Shown: one piece after another, positions 61,125 through 64,000 of the stretch
How the letters are laid out: every line of letters starts with the position of its first letter
Numbering within the stretch: the stretch's first letter is position 1
Source: Azolla caroliniana
Lineage: Eukaryota; Plantae; Polypodiophyta
DNA: 64,000 nt
Reading direction: 5' to 3'
Assembly: GCA_043228905.1 (NCBI GenBank)
Contig: JBHGNT010000005.1
Location: 18,848,001-18,912,000, forward strand
Notes under the pieces: model-generated
The model's database searches: none
Seen by the model: the letters and a program-made list of their open reading frames with translations, nothing else
Told to the model about the DNA's origin: nothing
Translations under genes and position numbers: made by a program

Positions 61125-64000
61125 TGTCGTGAAGATTTTCGGCAATAGTGTGAAAATCCCATAAAACGTACGAAATCGAGTATAAATCACATAATACAAT
61201 AATTGTGAAGATAACATTTTAAATAAATTTAATATCTAAGTACAAAATGATGGAGGTTTCGAATGCACTTTATTACACGAGAAACGGACAACTAAATATC
61301 AAGATATGAGGGTATAAAGTTTGTGAAAGGAAAAGAGAAAATTGTGAGATATCCCACATAGGCACGACAAATACGGCTCTCATCATATATAAGGTAGAGC
61401 AAAAGATGTTATCTTTGTGTCTATGTGTGGAGCATAGAAAGTTCAAGGTAACTTTAACTAATAGTGGAGGTGGGCTAGCTACTCGTAAAGGGTTTTGGCC
61501 AACCAAAACCGGACCGGCGATGCAGCCAGTGATCCGGCGGCATCCGACGGCAAACCGGTATCCGGCGCCGGTGAGACGACGGCATCCGACGAACCGGCGT
61601 CCGGTGACTAGATAAATAAATATGTAAATATATATACATATATACATATACAAGGAGGGCAAGTAAGGATTCGAACCTTGCACCTCCAAGTTAGGAGTCA
61701 ATTGGCTTACCATTAAGGCATGCCATTTAGTTGAATTTATATTTCTATCATTGTACTTTTACATGTAAATTCTCATACATGAGAGCTAAAATGAGTGACA
61801 TGGTTATCATGCACCACATGTAATACATAAGCGCCAAATGGCAAACATGCAATTTATGCATGTCTTGTACCCTCACATGCATCATATGCATGAGAGCATC
61901 TATAAAAGAAGGAAGGGGGAGGAGAAAAAAAACACGTTTTTTTTATTATGAAATTAAGAAGAGGAAATTCGTTATCAAATTGATCGTGTAACTTGTTTCT
62001 TAAATCTAAAGTTAAAAGTTCAATCAATCTCTTTGAATCGTGTAATCTCAACTTCTCTCTTTCCCAATCTATCTTAAGTACTTTCTTGCTAAAGCTTGTG
62101 CCAAAGCTTGTACCGACTTTGAATCCTTCCGGTCCAAAACCCCGGCGGTTCCGCCTCACGATCCGTGCGTAGTGACGGATCTTCACAACATAATTAAGTG
62201 GTGAACCCGACGTGAAAGAGGCGGTAGGAAGGATCACGTCGATATTAATACTTGGAGATGGCGTCCTCAAGCAACCAAGCGGGAGAGCTTGAAAGGATGA
62301 TGCTAATCGTCGAGCAAATGATGAGATCTCGAGACAACGACGCGAGCGTGGAGAAGGCTGTCGATCGTGTCATAGAGCTCGAGGGCCAATTCGATGGAAG
62401 GAACGTTACGAAGTTCCTTGATGCATATAGAAGGGAGATGAATCAGAGGGACGTGTCCGAGGCACGTCAAATCGCTTCAAGAGAGTTGTCGCCAACAACA
62501 TCCAAAGACGCGTCATCGAGCTTCAAAAAGGTAAGACAACATGGTCCGAGTTCGAGAAAACGATACTAGCGGAGTTCGTGACTGAAGACTCAACGAGGAT
62601 GACTCGACATGCCATGATGAAGTGGATAGAGAAGAAGAATAAGAAGATGAGGGTCTCGAGGGTGTACGACGAATTCGACCATATGTTTAGTCGTCTCCCC
62701 AAGTGTTGCTTGAAGAGGACAAGACTTTGTACTTCTTGAAGGCCGTGGACATAAAGGATAGACGGGAGTTGGGGACTCTTCTCGAAGATGATACCCAAGC
62801 AAATGGGCTCGTAGCGGACTGGATCGCGGTGAAGCGGGCATGCAATAGGCTCGACAAGGGTCGCCAATGGGTTGATGACACCGACTTGACGGGACCGACT
62901 ACCACGGAGGAAGCAAGACCGCCGAAAGTAGCTGAGCCGCTGAGACAAAGTAACGTGGAAGAAAAGAAGATTGATGACGACATCATTGAAGAGCTAGCGA
63001 AGAAGTTTGAGAAGGTCACGCTAGCCAACATGAATCATCGAGGCCCTAAAGGAAAAGAACCCTTTAGATGTGTGTGGTGCGATAGCATGGACCACATGAG
63101 AAGGGATTGTGCGAGCCTTCGAGAGGCGGTTCGACAAAATATCGTATACATAGAGGACAACATGATCTGCTCAAGCGAGACTAGAAGACCCCTACAGGTG
63201 AATTTCGGAAGAGGAGGAATGAAGAAATCTATGGAGGATGCCGATGCGATGCACTATGCTGCGTCGGCCGGAATAAGAGTCGGGAAAGACAAGACTGAAG
63301 CTGCTAGAGCAAGAGCAAAGTTTTGGACTTCCGTTCTCGAATATGAGAAGAAGGGAAAAGTCACATCGAACGAGGTAGAGCTTGCGGACCGAAGCGTGCA
63401 AAACATAACCGGGTGGTTGGATCCAGTGGACGACAACACCATACTCGCAGAGGTGATGTGCGACAACCACAAGGTGTTCGTCGAAGAAAAGAGAAAGAGA
63501 ATAGAAGAGCAAGGCCCATCAAAAAGACATAAAACAAGGAACGCGAAAAAGAAGGACGATGCGGAGACGAGTCGACCTTTACAAACGGAGGAACGAGAAT
63601 CAAGCCGAAAAGGGGAGCCGAGCATACGAGTTGAAGAAACAGTTCGGCCCGTGAAGGTTGGTGTCGAAGACCCCGCTCGGAGGACAAGGACTATACCTAC
63701 CTATAAGCTAAGGTCGGACATAGAGCAGACGACGGACCTAAAGAAGATTCTCGAAGAACGAGTTCTTGATAGCCACGTAACTTTGTCCTTGAGGGAATTG
63801 CTTGGCATTACGAAGAAGGAGTTCCATGACACGATCGTGGACCTTGTAAAGAGAAAGAGACAACAATCGGACGAGGAAGAAGAGAAGCCGCAAAAAGCAA
63901 AAACGAATGCCATAATGATGGCAAGAGATGAAGTCGATGAAGATATGGTGGACAGCCACTACACTCGACCTCATTGGGCACGAGCGACAACGGAGACGCC
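61125..64000 (+). mobile_element. Trp-primed gypsy 5' part: LTR 61125-62190, PBS 62199-62216, frameshifted gag (runs off window)
   Basis: TGTCGTGAAG...TTCACAACA; gag GQFDGRNVTKFL..CVWCDSMDH..YTRPHWARATTE. Confidence 0.9.
61658..61728 (-). promoter_or_regulatory. tRNA-like cassette (A box, perfect B box) inside a gypsy LTR
   Basis: Minus strand reads TGCCTTAATGG...AAGG-TTCGAAT-CCTT (T-arm); no proper acceptor stem. Confidence 0.65.

Noticed and set aside
61658-61728. Functional tRNA gene
   Set aside because: No acceptor stem and a poor D-arm; embedded in an LTR. Kept only as a tRNA-like cassette.

Overview
This is a transposon-saturated eukaryotic window, almost certainly from a land plant; the element types suggest a seed-free plant such as a fern, lycophyte or bryophyte (inference). 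The only recognisable host-gene piece is a THO2-like (THO/TREX subunit 2) first exon at 15788-15958 ending in a GTGAGT donor. I could not find a next exon by eye, so the remaining ~48 kb may be one giant intron. Most of the window is nested LTR retrotransposons: a young Met-primed Ty1/copia at 8411-14193 plus two older relatives, tRNA-Trp-primed non-chromovirus Ty3/gypsy elements (one full length at 43639-50676), chromovirus remnants, Tork- and Ale-like copia pieces, an Arg-primed Athila/Tat-like piece and several solo LTRs. There are also Ulp1-protease-like transposon remnants and minisatellites. The most unusual feature is a cluster of long, unrelated, nested palindromes at 18.1-26.9 kb. One is an 846-bp fully self-complementary element that looks like an LTR 5' half folded back on itself, with TG...CA ends and a 5-bp TSD confirmed by an empty site in the mirror arm. 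Other notable signals are outward-facing tRNA-like Pol III A/B boxes inside gypsy LTRs, NCGN target preference of the Trp-primed gypsy, a candidate -1 frameshift site (G GAU UUU) between protease and RT, a conserved in-frame extension after copia RNase H, and tandem amplification of LTR-end/PBS junctions. All coordinates and alignments were made by eye.
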